Below are positions 48,095 to 56,008 of a stretch of DNA of 64,000 nucleotides, in pieces. A program made the translations under genes and the position numbers. Each line of letters starts with the position of its first letter. The stretch's first letter is position 1. This DNA is from a virus, in IMG/VR virus record IMGVR_UViG_3300042563_002756, one strand, 5' to 3'. Under the pieces are notes generated by a model. It ran no database searches. It worked only from the letters and a program-made list of their open reading frames with translations, and was not told where the DNA came from.

Positions 48095-49554
48095 TATTAT
48101 TCACTGATGTTGCAGATACTATAGGTTACGGGAAATATGCCGGGACTTACAAAATAGCAACTGAAATTAGAAACTCAGGATACTCTTGTCAGGTAATAGA
48201 CTTATTCAGTTTTTATTCATATGAGCAATTAACAAATATCGTTGATAAGTTTGTTACTAACGAGACATTACTAATTGGATTTAGCTGCACACTAATGGAA
48301 AAACGTGAAGACAATAGTGTTAAAAATTTTGGAAGAGACACCGAAGAATTTGTATCTATTGTAAAGTACTCTAAATCTAAAAATTCAAAAGTCAAAGTTT
48401 GTCTCGGTGGTGCACGAATGACCTTGAATTCATATTGGTCGGGAGTTGATTATGTAGTAATAAACAAAGGTGATGTAGCTATAATAAAGTTGCTAGAGCA
48501 TCTATCTACAGGCGCTGATTTAAAAACTGTAAAGACTACTCCTTGCTATGTTATAGATGGCAGTGATTATTTTTATACTCAAGAGCAGTTTGCTACTAGT
48601 AGCATTATATATCAGCCACAGGATATTATTTTTACAGGGGAATCGTTACCTATAGAAATAGCTCGAGGTTGTATATTTCAATGTGCATTTTGCCACTTCG
48701 ATCTAATAGGAAAAAAAGTAGGCGATTGGCAAAAAGATGAACAAGTTTTGCAAGAAGAGTTGATAAGAAACTATGAACTCTTTGGAACAACTCACTATAT
48801 GTTTGCTGACGAATTGATCAATGAAAGTCTTCCTAAGATGGAAATGATCCATAGAGTGTTTACCAACTTACCTTTTAAAATTTCATACACTAGTTATGCA
48901 AGATTAGATTTGATTTGGAAGTTTCCCGAGATGCGAGAAATGCTATTAGAAAGTGGGGCAGCTAGTTTAGCATTCGGAATAGAAACTATGAATGATCGCG
49001 CTGGAAAGAAAATAGGAAAAGGTCTAGGAGAAAAGCGTATTAAAGAGACGCTAGCCTATTGTGGAGAGTTATGGAAGGGTAAGATTATTACCAGTAGCAA
49101 TTTTATTGTAGGATTACCTGGTGAAGATGAAAATAGTATATACAGGACGTTAGATTATTTGTTAAGCAATGAATGTTCTTTAGATGTATTTGGATTTCTA
49201 CCATTGTACATCAGATCAGATCATGACGGAAGAAGTACAAGCAAAATTGATCAAGACCCTAAGAAGTATGGATACTCGATTAAAATCAATCAGCCCTGGG
49301 AAAGTGATCAGATGAATTTTACAGAAGCATCTGCCCTTGTGCGTAAGATATATAATGATCCTAGACTACAACAACGTAGTAAGTTCAGTGCCGCTACCTG
49401 GATAGGTCGTATTATGAATCTAGGATATACGATTGAAGAAATATTTGAAATGATCAGTGATAAAGAAACTTCTTTTGATCAGCTCAATACACTATTAGTC
49501 AGTCGAAGTTTGCTATTGAAATCTCAATACTACAACAAACTAATGTCTCTTTAA
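48085..49554 (+). CDS. radical SAM enzyme with N-terminal B12-binding-like domain, paralog 2
   Basis: RGCIFQCAFCHF CxxxCxxC; collinear with 43650..45128. Confidence 0.7.
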   Translation: MEVILFTDVADTIGYGKYAGTYKIATEIRNSGYSCQVIDLFSFYSYEQLTNIVDKFVTNETLLIGFSCTLMEKREDNSVKNFGRDTEEFVSIVKYSKSKNSKVKVCLGGARMTLNSYWSGVDYVVINKGDVAIIKLLEHLSTGADLKTVKTTPCYVIDGSDYFYTQEQFATSSIIYQPQDIIFTGESLPIEIARGCIFQCAFCHFDLIGKKVGDWQKDEQVLQEELIRNYELFGTTHYMFADELINESLPKMEMIHRVFTNLPFKISYTSYARLDLIWKFPEMREMLLESGAASLAFGIETMNDRAGKKIGKGLGEKRIKETLAYCGELWKGKIITSSNFIVGLPGEDENSIYRTLDYLLSNECSLDVFGFLPLYIRSDHDGRSTSKIDQDPKKYGYSIKINQPWESDQMNFTEASALVRKIYNDPRLQQRSKFSAATWIGRIMNLGYTIEEIFEMISDKETSFDQLNTLLVSRSLLLKSQYYNKLMSL

Positions 49555-50057
49555 ATCTGTTCTACTGTTACTCCGGACTTTTCAAGGAATTTGACACCTG
49601 AATCATCCCTATAGTTTTCACCATAATATACACGACTAATGCCTGACTGATAAATGAGCTTGGCACAGTTGAGACAGGGCATGTGAGTAACAAATAAGTC
49701 AGCCCCAACACCACTGTTGTTAGACTTCGCCAATTTTGCAATAGCATTTGATTCTGCATGTAATACCTCAGGTTTAGTTTTTAATCCGTATCGAACATTT
49801 CGTTGAGCACCTTCGTGCCATCCTTCGTATGGATACTTGGCATCAAACTCTTCAGGGTCGAGCCAACCGCCTGCACCCGAATCCCATACTTGATCTTCGC
49901 AGTTGTTATCCCAACCTGCGGGCATGCCATTGTATCCGTAACTAATAACACTGTCATCTTTGACGATCACAGCACCTACTTGTAATCTACGAGCGTGGCT
50001 AAGTTCAGCAGCTCTTAAAGCCCAATCCATATACATGTCTATGTATTTTTCTTTCAT
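49551..50057 (-). CDS. cd: dCMP deaminase
   Basis: HAESNAI and PCLNCAK zinc-binding motifs of the cytidine/deoxycytidylate deaminase family; GC content returns to phage-like. Confidence 0.85.
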   Translation of the reverse strand: MKEKYIDMYMDWALRAAELSHARRLQVGAVIVKDDSVISYGYNGMPAGWDNNCEDQVWDSGAGGWLDPEEFDAKYPYEGWHEGAQRNVRYGLKTKPEVLHAESNAIAKLAKSNNSGVGADLFVTHMPCLNCAKLIYQSGISRVYYGENYRDDSGVKFLEKSGVTVEQI

Positions 50058-50809
50058 TGATAATCTCTGCCGTCTCTAGAGTGGTACTTTTTATCGGGAT
50101 CATAGTGGGCAAATTGATCATAATTTGGTTCGTTTGGTAACACTCTTTTACCTACGAACCACTCGCCTATGTGATTAATTAGTTTTCTTCCATAATAATT
50201 TCTAATATTCGCAGACACCATGCCGTACTGTTCGTGTAGTACTTTACCTACAAGCCCTTCATTTAAATTAAAATCGTAGAATTTTCTATAGTCCACCTTA
50301 ACCCTATCTAATGAATATAAACTTGCCATGGGACTAAAAATCAAGCTATTTTTTGTATAACGAAAATTCTTATAGATATGATCTGATCTGTCAGCAATCG
50401 GATCCGTTTCGTGACCGTACCATGCTTGTCTTGCTAACTGAACCTGTCCCAATTCTTGATCTTTTTGCAATAGCTCTATAAGGTCGGTGACTAGTACAGG
50501 TTCTAGTATTTCTACGTCATCTTCTTGGTGCCATATGTAGTCATAATCTCTTTCCTTCATTAGGTCCCAGAATTGACTCCATGTTACACTCAACCCTAGA
50601 TTTTCTGGATGCAAAATAATTTCATTATAGCCGTACAACTTAACCAGCTCTGTGATCATCAAATCGTTTCGAGTTTTAGGATAATCATCGATGAAAATTT
50701 TATGTACTTCGCATCCGTAATAATTTATATTACGCTGTGCTCTTAGTGTACGAGTCAAGTACTCTAGTCTGTTAGTTGAAAATATTACCTGACAAATTTT
50801 ATAGGTCAT
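50054..50809 (-). CDS. putative GT-A glycosyltransferase
   Basis: FIDDYP and HQEDDV DxD-like motifs. Confidence 0.45.
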   Translation of the reverse strand: MTYKICQVIFSTNRLEYLTRTLRAQRNINYYGCEVHKIFIDDYPKTRNDLMITELVKLYGYNEIILHPENLGLSVTWSQFWDLMKERDYDYIWHQEDDVEILEPVLVTDLIELLQKDQELGQVQLARQAWYGHETDPIADRSDHIYKNFRYTKNSLIFSPMASLYSLDRVKVDYRKFYDFNLNEGLVGKVLHEQYGMVSANIRNYYGRKLINHIGEWFVGKRVLPNEPNYDQFAHYDPDKKYHSRDGRDYQ

Positions 50810-51357
50810 TAGATTCTCTCAGTATTAAAGAAGAAAGTTTGGAAAAGTCTGCCAGTTTCGTTGCTGTATCCAAAATAATCTAAACTTGCGTGGTATAGAT
50901 CACCTCGATAGATTATCAGTCTGTTATACTTGTTTCCTACTCTATCAAATTGATCCCATTTGGTATAATCATAACCTTCGTGATCTTTGTTAGATCTTCT
51001 AAATTCTCCAGTTTCTTTGTGGCGGTAAAATGCAGTTCCACCTGTATGTGGAGCATCCGGAGTTAGGTAACAAACACCTGCCCACATATTATGATGGTCG
51101 GCATGTATCCATGTTCTGTCTTGAGCTGTGGCTAATTGAAAGGCTCCGGTGTAACCTTGATCTTCAAACCAGTAAGTAACCGGTCCTGCAAATGCCATCC
51201 AGTATTCGATACAGGATTTAACATCGTCCGGTAGATAAGGTTTAGTTCTCGATCCGGGATAATTTCCTTTTACCGAGAAGTCTTGAGACAATGCATAATT
51301 TCTAACAATGTCTGGGTTCTCATAAAAGTTATCGATAACTAATAATTCTAAATTCAT
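50809..51357 (-). CDS. putative Fe(II)/2OG oxygenase-like protein
   Basis: HADHH (HxD) and distal His; weak. Confidence 0.35.
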   Translation of the reverse strand: MNLELLVIDNFYENPDIVRNYALSQDFSVKGNYPGSRTKPYLPDDVKSCIEYWMAFAGPVTYWFEDQGYTGAFQLATAQDRTWIHADHHNMWAGVCYLTPDAPHTGGTAFYRHKETGEFRRSNKDHEGYDYTKWDQFDRVGNKYNRLIIYRGDLYHASLDYFGYSNETGRLFQTFFFNTERI

Positions 51358-52119
51358 TTAATACCTCATGTATGTTCCACTAACACCTTCCCAGCCATAT
51401 ATTTTCCAGTCAGTTTCTACTATGTCTTTTTCGTAAGGTCTAGTAAAGAAATATAACAAGGTTTCAAGATCATATGCTAGTCCGTTGGGATTATTTGTAA
51501 ATTCTGCAATCACTCTATAGATGTCTAGCATTTTTTCATGATACTCAGAAGTCCATCCATAAAGCACTGAGCAATATTGTCTAAGCGTGTTATCTTGCTG
51601 GGTACTTCGTCTATCTACCATTTCATAGGGCCAAGTATCCTGCCACTCAAATTTTAACGGATGTTTAAAAAACAATTTCCCTGTATTTTCATTTGTACAA
51701 TGAGTTAGGTTAAACGACCGATCAAAGAAATATCTTCCACTTAATTTAAAAAAGAAGTCATATTCTTTGAGCAAATCTTTATATCTATTAAAGAATGCAA
51801 GTTGTAATATTGTTTCACAGTGACTCTTGTGAGAGTGTGTTCTAATAATATCAAATAAGTCGGGAAATTCTTCTGCTACATTAATAAAAACAAGATTTGG
51901 TTGGTAGGCAAGTACTGCTTTGTAGTGTGCAGAATTTTTAGATGAGTCAACTAAAAATATAGTTGTTTCGTCGTCTATTATTCTATCTAAAGATGATAGA
52001 GTAAAAATAGTTTGTCTTAATCGTTCTTCATTACTGAAGATAGATCTTACATTACTGTAGGTAAGTGGATAGGTATTATCAACATCAATGACGCTGGTAA
52101 CCAGTATTGCTTTCTTCAT
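51358..52119 (-). CDS. hypothetical protein (253 aa), possible glycosyltransferase-associated
   Basis: ORF in GT operon. Confidence 0.35.
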   Translation of the reverse strand: MKKAILVTSVIDVDNTYPLTYSNVRSIFSNEERLRQTIFTLSSLDRIIDDETTIFLVDSSKNSAHYKAVLAYQPNLVFINVAEEFPDLFDIIRTHSHKSHCETILQLAFFNRYKDLLKEYDFFFKLSGRYFFDRSFNLTHCTNENTGKLFFKHPLKFEWQDTWPYEMVDRRSTQQDNTLRQYCSVLYGWTSEYHEKMLDIYRVIAEFTNNPNGLAYDLETLLYFFTRPYEKDIVETDWKIYGWEGVSGTYMRY

Positions 52120-53138
52120 GATCTATAAAAGTTGCCTGTTAATAATTTTTTAAAATATTCATCGAGTTGTTTATGTACAACTTCTTCAGAGTAGTGTTTC
52201 ATTGCCCAGTCTCGGCAAACTTTGGGGTCTATCTTGTCAATGTTATTCAATGCGTCGACAAATTCTTTAAACTCTCTACAACGGAATCCAGTTACACCTT
52301 GTACAACTGTTTCTGTAAAGCCCCCCCAGTCTGTGGTAATAGCTGGGGTGCCGGAGAAGTAGCCTTCAGCAACCATATTGCCAAAAGGTTCAACGTAGTA
52401 AGTCGGTCCTATGATCGCCTTTGCATCTCGCATTAATACTTTACGCTGTTCTGCATTTGCCACACCAAACACTTCTACATGACTAGGAATTTCAGAATAA
52501 CCCATGTCTGCTAGATCTCCGGGACCTGCTACAATCAATTTATGTCCTGTTTCTTTTGTAGCTTGTATAGCAATATTAAGACCTTTGTTTTCAATAACTC
52601 TACCAAAGTAAAGAATATAATCTTTCTTTGCCTTAGAGAATTCAAACTCGTCTGGTGAAAATGCATTTGGTATAACAGCGTCATACCAGCTAGGAGCCAT
52701 TAACATCTTTCTCTCACCGTAGAACATGTGCATTTGGGCATAGCTGACAAATACTCTATAAGGTGCGAACACTGCCTTAGTGTCGTAGCCTATGCTAGGT
52801 TCGATGATAATAAGATCGTTATTGGCTTCGGCGGCAACTTGATTTTCCCAACCATGAAAGCAAACTATAATATCTCCGGGAGATTTTCGGGATTTAATTT
52901 CACCGGCTGCTCTTATATTGTATTTGTCTATACAAGAATTTCTGTGTGGGTATATCTCATCTAAACAAATTACAGTTTCACAATCTACTTTACAGCCCAC
53001 TATACCGTAATGGATACAGTCCCATCCTAGAGGCATCATGTTGTTGATAAATTTTATTACCGCTATAGAAAAGGGATCGGTCCTGTTATTAATATGAACA
53101 GGACCGGTTGGATTGCTTAATATATGAATTGTAGGCAT
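52116..53138 (-). CDS. GT-B (GT4-like) glycosyltransferase
   Basis: EPFGNMVAE ... GTP motif region typical of GT4 retaining transferases. Confidence 0.7.
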   Translation of the reverse strand: MPTIHILSNPTGPVHINNRTDPFSIAVIKFINNMMPLGWDCIHYGIVGCKVDCETVICLDEIYPHRNSCIDKYNIRAAGEIKSRKSPGDIIVCFHGWENQVAAEANNDLIIIEPSIGYDTKAVFAPYRVFVSYAQMHMFYGERKMLMAPSWYDAVIPNAFSPDEFEFSKAKKDYILYFGRVIENKGLNIAIQATKETGHKLIVAGPGDLADMGYSEIPSHVEVFGVANAEQRKVLMRDAKAIIGPTYYVEPFGNMVAEGYFSGTPAITTDWGGFTETVVQGVTGFRCREFKEFVDALNNIDKIDPKVCRDWAMKHYSEEVVHKQLDEYFKKLLTGNFYRS

Positions 53139-53142
53139 AGAG

Positions 53143-53316
53143 TTAATTAGATGCTTTTGATTTTTGTAGCCGCAATTTATTAAGTTGATCTTCTAACATT
53201 TTAATATAATGTACAGAAAATCTTCTTCTTAGTTCTACGGGAAAATCTTTTGATGCAAGTCTGTACTTTTGAATCTCTTCTTCTTTGAGAAAAATAAGTT
53301 TATCGATATCATTCAT
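53143..53316 (-). CDS. small ORF (57 aa)
   Basis: MNDIDKLIFLKEEEIQKYRLASKDFPVELRRRFSVHYIKMLEDQLNKLRLQKSKASN. Confidence 0.3.
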   Translation of the reverse strand: MNDIDKLIFLKEEEIQKYRLASKDFPVELRRRFSVHYIKMLEDQLNKLRLQKSKASN

Positions 53317-53495
53317 TGTGTACTATTTAATCGATCAATCTCATCGGCTGCTTCTTCTAACAAATCTGCAATACGGTCTGGCGTGCCTTCCTGTACTGAT
53401 TTACGGTCTTTGATCTGTCTGCGAATCTCTGCTCGCTTGCGTAGGCGGAATATAAGACTCTGTTCACTTACTGGTAAATGACTTTCGTCTTTCAT
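53313..53495 (-). CDS. hypothetical protein (60 aa)
   Basis: ORF, ATGA-coupled. Confidence 0.35.
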   Translation of the reverse strand: MKDESHLPVSEQSLIFRLRKRAEIRRQIKDRKSVQEGTPDRIADLLEEAADEIDRLNSTQ

Positions 53496-53716
53496 TTTAT
53501 ATCAAGCCCCTGTGTTTCTGGACTATAGTCCAATGTGCCGCCGTCTTTGTCATTAGGGTAGAAGTAAGCATCCTCATCTACTATTGTAACTTCTAAATCA
53601 CCATGACGCAGGTCATAGTCCGTGAATCCACCTTTGTCGTGATATACACGGAATACATATCCGTTCAGTGTGTCCAGAATAAATCCTCGTGTGCCCACAG
53701 CGTTTTCGATTTTCAT
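53492..53716 (-). CDS. hypothetical protein (74 aa)
   Basis: ORF. Confidence 0.4.
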   Translation of the reverse strand: MKIENAVGTRGFILDTLNGYVFRVYHDKGGFTDYDLRHGDLEVTIVDEDAYFYPNDKDGGTLDYSPETQGLDIK

Positions 53717-53835
53717 TTTTCTACCACCTTATATCCTGAGTAGGGATAGTGTTCTTGCAACCATTCCAACATGCCTGGTTCATTGGGCAGTCGGATTGAA
53801 TCGTATTTGTTTGTGATATACACTATGCTTTCTCT

Positions 53836-53859
53836 GAAAAAGGGCCGTGACAGCCCTTG
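53836..53859 (-). terminator. rho-independent terminator downstream of SPFH gene
   Basis: minus-strand AAGGGC-tgtcacg-GCCCTT followed by TTTTT. Confidence 0.55.
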
Positions 53860-53876
53860 TTCTTCTTTTTGTCTAA

Positions 53877-54674
53877 TTACTTAGGCATCATCAATGCATT
53901 GAAGTTGCTTGGAACAACAATGGTCTGTACTTGTCCATTCTTGATACCTTCTGAGATATTCAACATGGCTTGTGCCTGCATGAATGCAATACTAGCACCT
54001 GAGTTATTTGCAAGTGCTGCCATACGACGGCTTTCAGCTTCGGCAGTCTTAACTTCAACTTCCTTCTGCTTGAGTTCGTTCTTACTACGAACCAATGCGT
54101 TAGCCGACTCAACAACAGTATCACTTGGCAGTACATTACGAATCATAACCTGACTGATCATAATGGAACCGTCCAACTTTTCTTCAGAAAGGTTGCGAAC
54201 AATTTCTTCCTTAATGTAGTTTTCCATGTCAGTGCGGTTGTCTGCCATATCCAATGCTTCGTACTTTCGTGCGGCTTTGTAGATAGCATTACGAGCATTC
54301 TGAACCACATAGTTGTACATCACATAAGTGTCACCTTTGAATTCAGCGTGGAACGATTTGTTCTTGGTTGAATAAAGTTCGGCAACATTCTGTGAATTGA
54401 TGTTGTAAACAACTACAGCATCAAAGTCTTTCATGGTTGAGTTGTCCTTGGCCACCGGAGTCATATTCTCCAAGACCACGTTAACATCCTTGACCGGGAA
54501 TGTAAGCACATCACCGATGAATGTCTGATTGAACGAACCAGGCAACAACTCACCTGGTTGTACCTGTTTATCAAAACCAACTCGCACACCGACCTCACCA
54601 GTCTCAATACGAGTACAAGCACTAGTTAGAGCAACTGCGGTCAAAACCAAACCAACTTTAATAAAACGCATCAT
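53877..54674 (-). CDS. SPFH/band-7 (HflC/prohibitin-like) lipoprotein
   Basis: signal peptide + lipobox-like LTSAC; PHB-domain length and coiled-coil C-terminus (AEAESRRMAALANN). Confidence 0.65.
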   Translation of the reverse strand: MMRFIKVGLVLTAVALTSACTRIETGEVGVRVGFDKQVQPGELLPGSFNQTFIGDVLTFPVKDVNVVLENMTPVAKDNSTMKDFDAVVVYNINSQNVAELYSTKNKSFHAEFKGDTYVMYNYVVQNARNAIYKAARKYEALDMADNRTDMENYIKEEIVRNLSEEKLDGSIMISQVMIRNVLPSDTVVESANALVRSKNELKQKEVEVKTAEAESRRMAALANNSGASIAFMQAQAMLNISEGIKNGQVQTIVVPSNFNALMMPK

Positions 54675-54769
54675 TTAGATAACTCCAGTGGAAAAAAGAT
54701 AAAAACAAACAACAAAACCCAAAGCAAAATACAAGGGCCTTAGCCAACGATCATTGATCATACAATACC

Positions 54770-54946
54770 TTAAAAAAGAATTACAAGCACTGTCATCAAC
54801 ATTACTGCTGCCAGTGATACAAGTATACTATAGCCTATGCTTTTTGTCAAGGCCAATTGTTCCTTGCCTTCCATATTTCTCATAGCACGAATGCCAAAAT
54901 GTATCAGAACAGCAAGGATAGCAAATGCAAACCAAAGTTTAATCAT
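54770..54946 (-). CDS. small two-helix membrane protein (58 aa)
   Basis: MIKLWFAFAILAVLIHFGIRAMRNMEGKEQLALTKSIGYSILVSLAAVMLMTVLVILF; AAAGGA RBS. Confidence 0.4.
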   Translation of the reverse strand: MIKLWFAFAILAVLIHFGIRAMRNMEGKEQLALTKSIGYSILVSLAAVMLMTVLVILF

Positions 54947-54951
54947 TTTGA

Positions 54952-56007
54952 TTATCCTTTAGTTGGGAAAGGCCAATCACTGCCTTGTGCCCTAAACACA
55001 GTTCCAGGAGGTGGTGTCACCTTACCATCAGTATTGCGAGTCCAACCAGTTGGTGGCACATAACGATACCGTGCTGGATCACCGTTTTCGCGATCTTCCA
55101 CACCGGCCTCGTATCCAACGTCATATGCATTGTGTTCTCTGGAACCATAGTTGTATGAATTGCTATAGTCTGCACCAGAGAAGCCGTCACTATAACCACG
55201 CTTATGGATACTTGAACCGACTCGGACTTCTGGCGCAGGCTTAGCCGCACGTACAGTTTCAGTACTGTTGGCATTGCTCTGTACAGGCTTGTCAAAAGCA
55301 TCCCTTGCTTCACCGCCCATTTCACCAATAACTTCATATCGGCAAGCACGACCCTTGGCACCATTGTAGTCACTTGGGATTGAAACAACATCAGCTGGAT
55401 CAATCTTAACAATTACCACACGGCTGTCATTACCACCAAAGTGGTCCAAGTAACTCAAACCGCAGAAGTGGAGACCAGTACTGCAAGTTTGATCCTTGTT
55501 GTCGTCAACAGCGTTGCGTTCCATTTCGACAACAGTACCCGGGCTATTGTCCATAGTACCACTGTGAATGTCTTTGAAGTCTCGGCGTACTTTCTTGTAG
55601 GCAAGGAAGTAACCATCGGGAGTGATGGGCAAACTGTTCTTTTCCAAGAAGCCATAGAGTTCATCTACTGAACGCTTTGAAGGGTTCTTCATCAAGTTGT
55701 GCATGAACAGAACCATTGGCTCAATAGTAAAGCCATCCTGCAACATGGTAATCATACGGCTTGCCAATACACCTGCAAAAGGTTGTCCTTTCCAGAACAG
55801 TTGTTCGCCTTTGACAGAGATGTTGCCAGCACCGTAGTTCAGCACAACCTTGACTGGGTCAATAATGTTTTTAACAGTGTCCCAGTCTTGTGCTTTAATA
55901 GCATCAACTACCTTTTGGTAAGTGACGTGGGTCTTAGAAATCGTATGTGGTTTGCCGTCAATAACGACAGTAACATTCGAACCTTGAAGAATAAACGGAT
56001 AACTCAT
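54952..56007 (-). CDS. rIIB: rIIB-like protein (ORF open to 56031)
   Basis: immediately downstream of rIIA with 1-nt spacing, size ~350 aa; assignment by synteny. Confidence 0.5.
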   Translation of the reverse strand: MSYPFILQGSNVTVVIDGKPHTISKTHVTYQKVVDAIKAQDWDTVKNIIDPVKVVLNYGAGNISVKGEQLFWKGQPFAGVLASRMITMLQDGFTIEPMVLFMHNLMKNPSKRSVDELYGFLEKNSLPITPDGYFLAYKKVRRDFKDIHSGTMDNSPGTVVEMERNAVDDNKDQTCSTGLHFCGLSYLDHFGGNDSRVVIVKIDPADVVSIPSDYNGAKGRACRYEVIGEMGGEARDAFDKPVQSNANSTETVRAAKPAPEVRVGSSIHKRGYSDGFSGADYSNSYNYGSREHNAYDVGYEAGVEDRENGDPARYRYVPPTGWTRNTDGKVTPPPGTVFRAQGSDWPFPTKG

Positions 56008-56008
56008 T

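Larger units (their letters stand above)
31300..49550. other. ~18 kb strongly AT-rich compositional island carrying a dense enzyme cluster (putative acquired biosynthetic/tailoring system)
   Basis: hand-counted 60-nt stretches gave ~18% GC inside versus ~40-55% in flanking phage DNA; gene content unlike the core phage genes. Confidence 0.7.

Noticed and set aside
31300-49550. AT-rich island as contamination or assembly chimera
   Set aside because: Gene orientation and operon-style overlaps continue across both junctions, and a normal-GC T4 gene (dCMP deaminase) is directly coupled to the right edge. This cannot be fully excluded without reads.
33706-49554. Island PP-loop and radical SAM proteins as QueC/QueE completing a 7-deazaguanine pathway with FolE/QueD
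   Set aside because: The sizes (294-435 aa and about 490 aa with a B12-like domain) and architectures do not fit QueC (about 230 aa, C-terminal Zn site) or QueE (about 220-250 aa). Kept only as an open question in the findings.
54857-55063. Plus-strand 68-aa ORF between SPFH and rIIB
   Set aside because: It lies opposite the consistent minus-strand operon and overlaps the rIIB C-terminus. A minus-strand 58-aa membrane ORF with an AAAGGA RBS explains the gap better.
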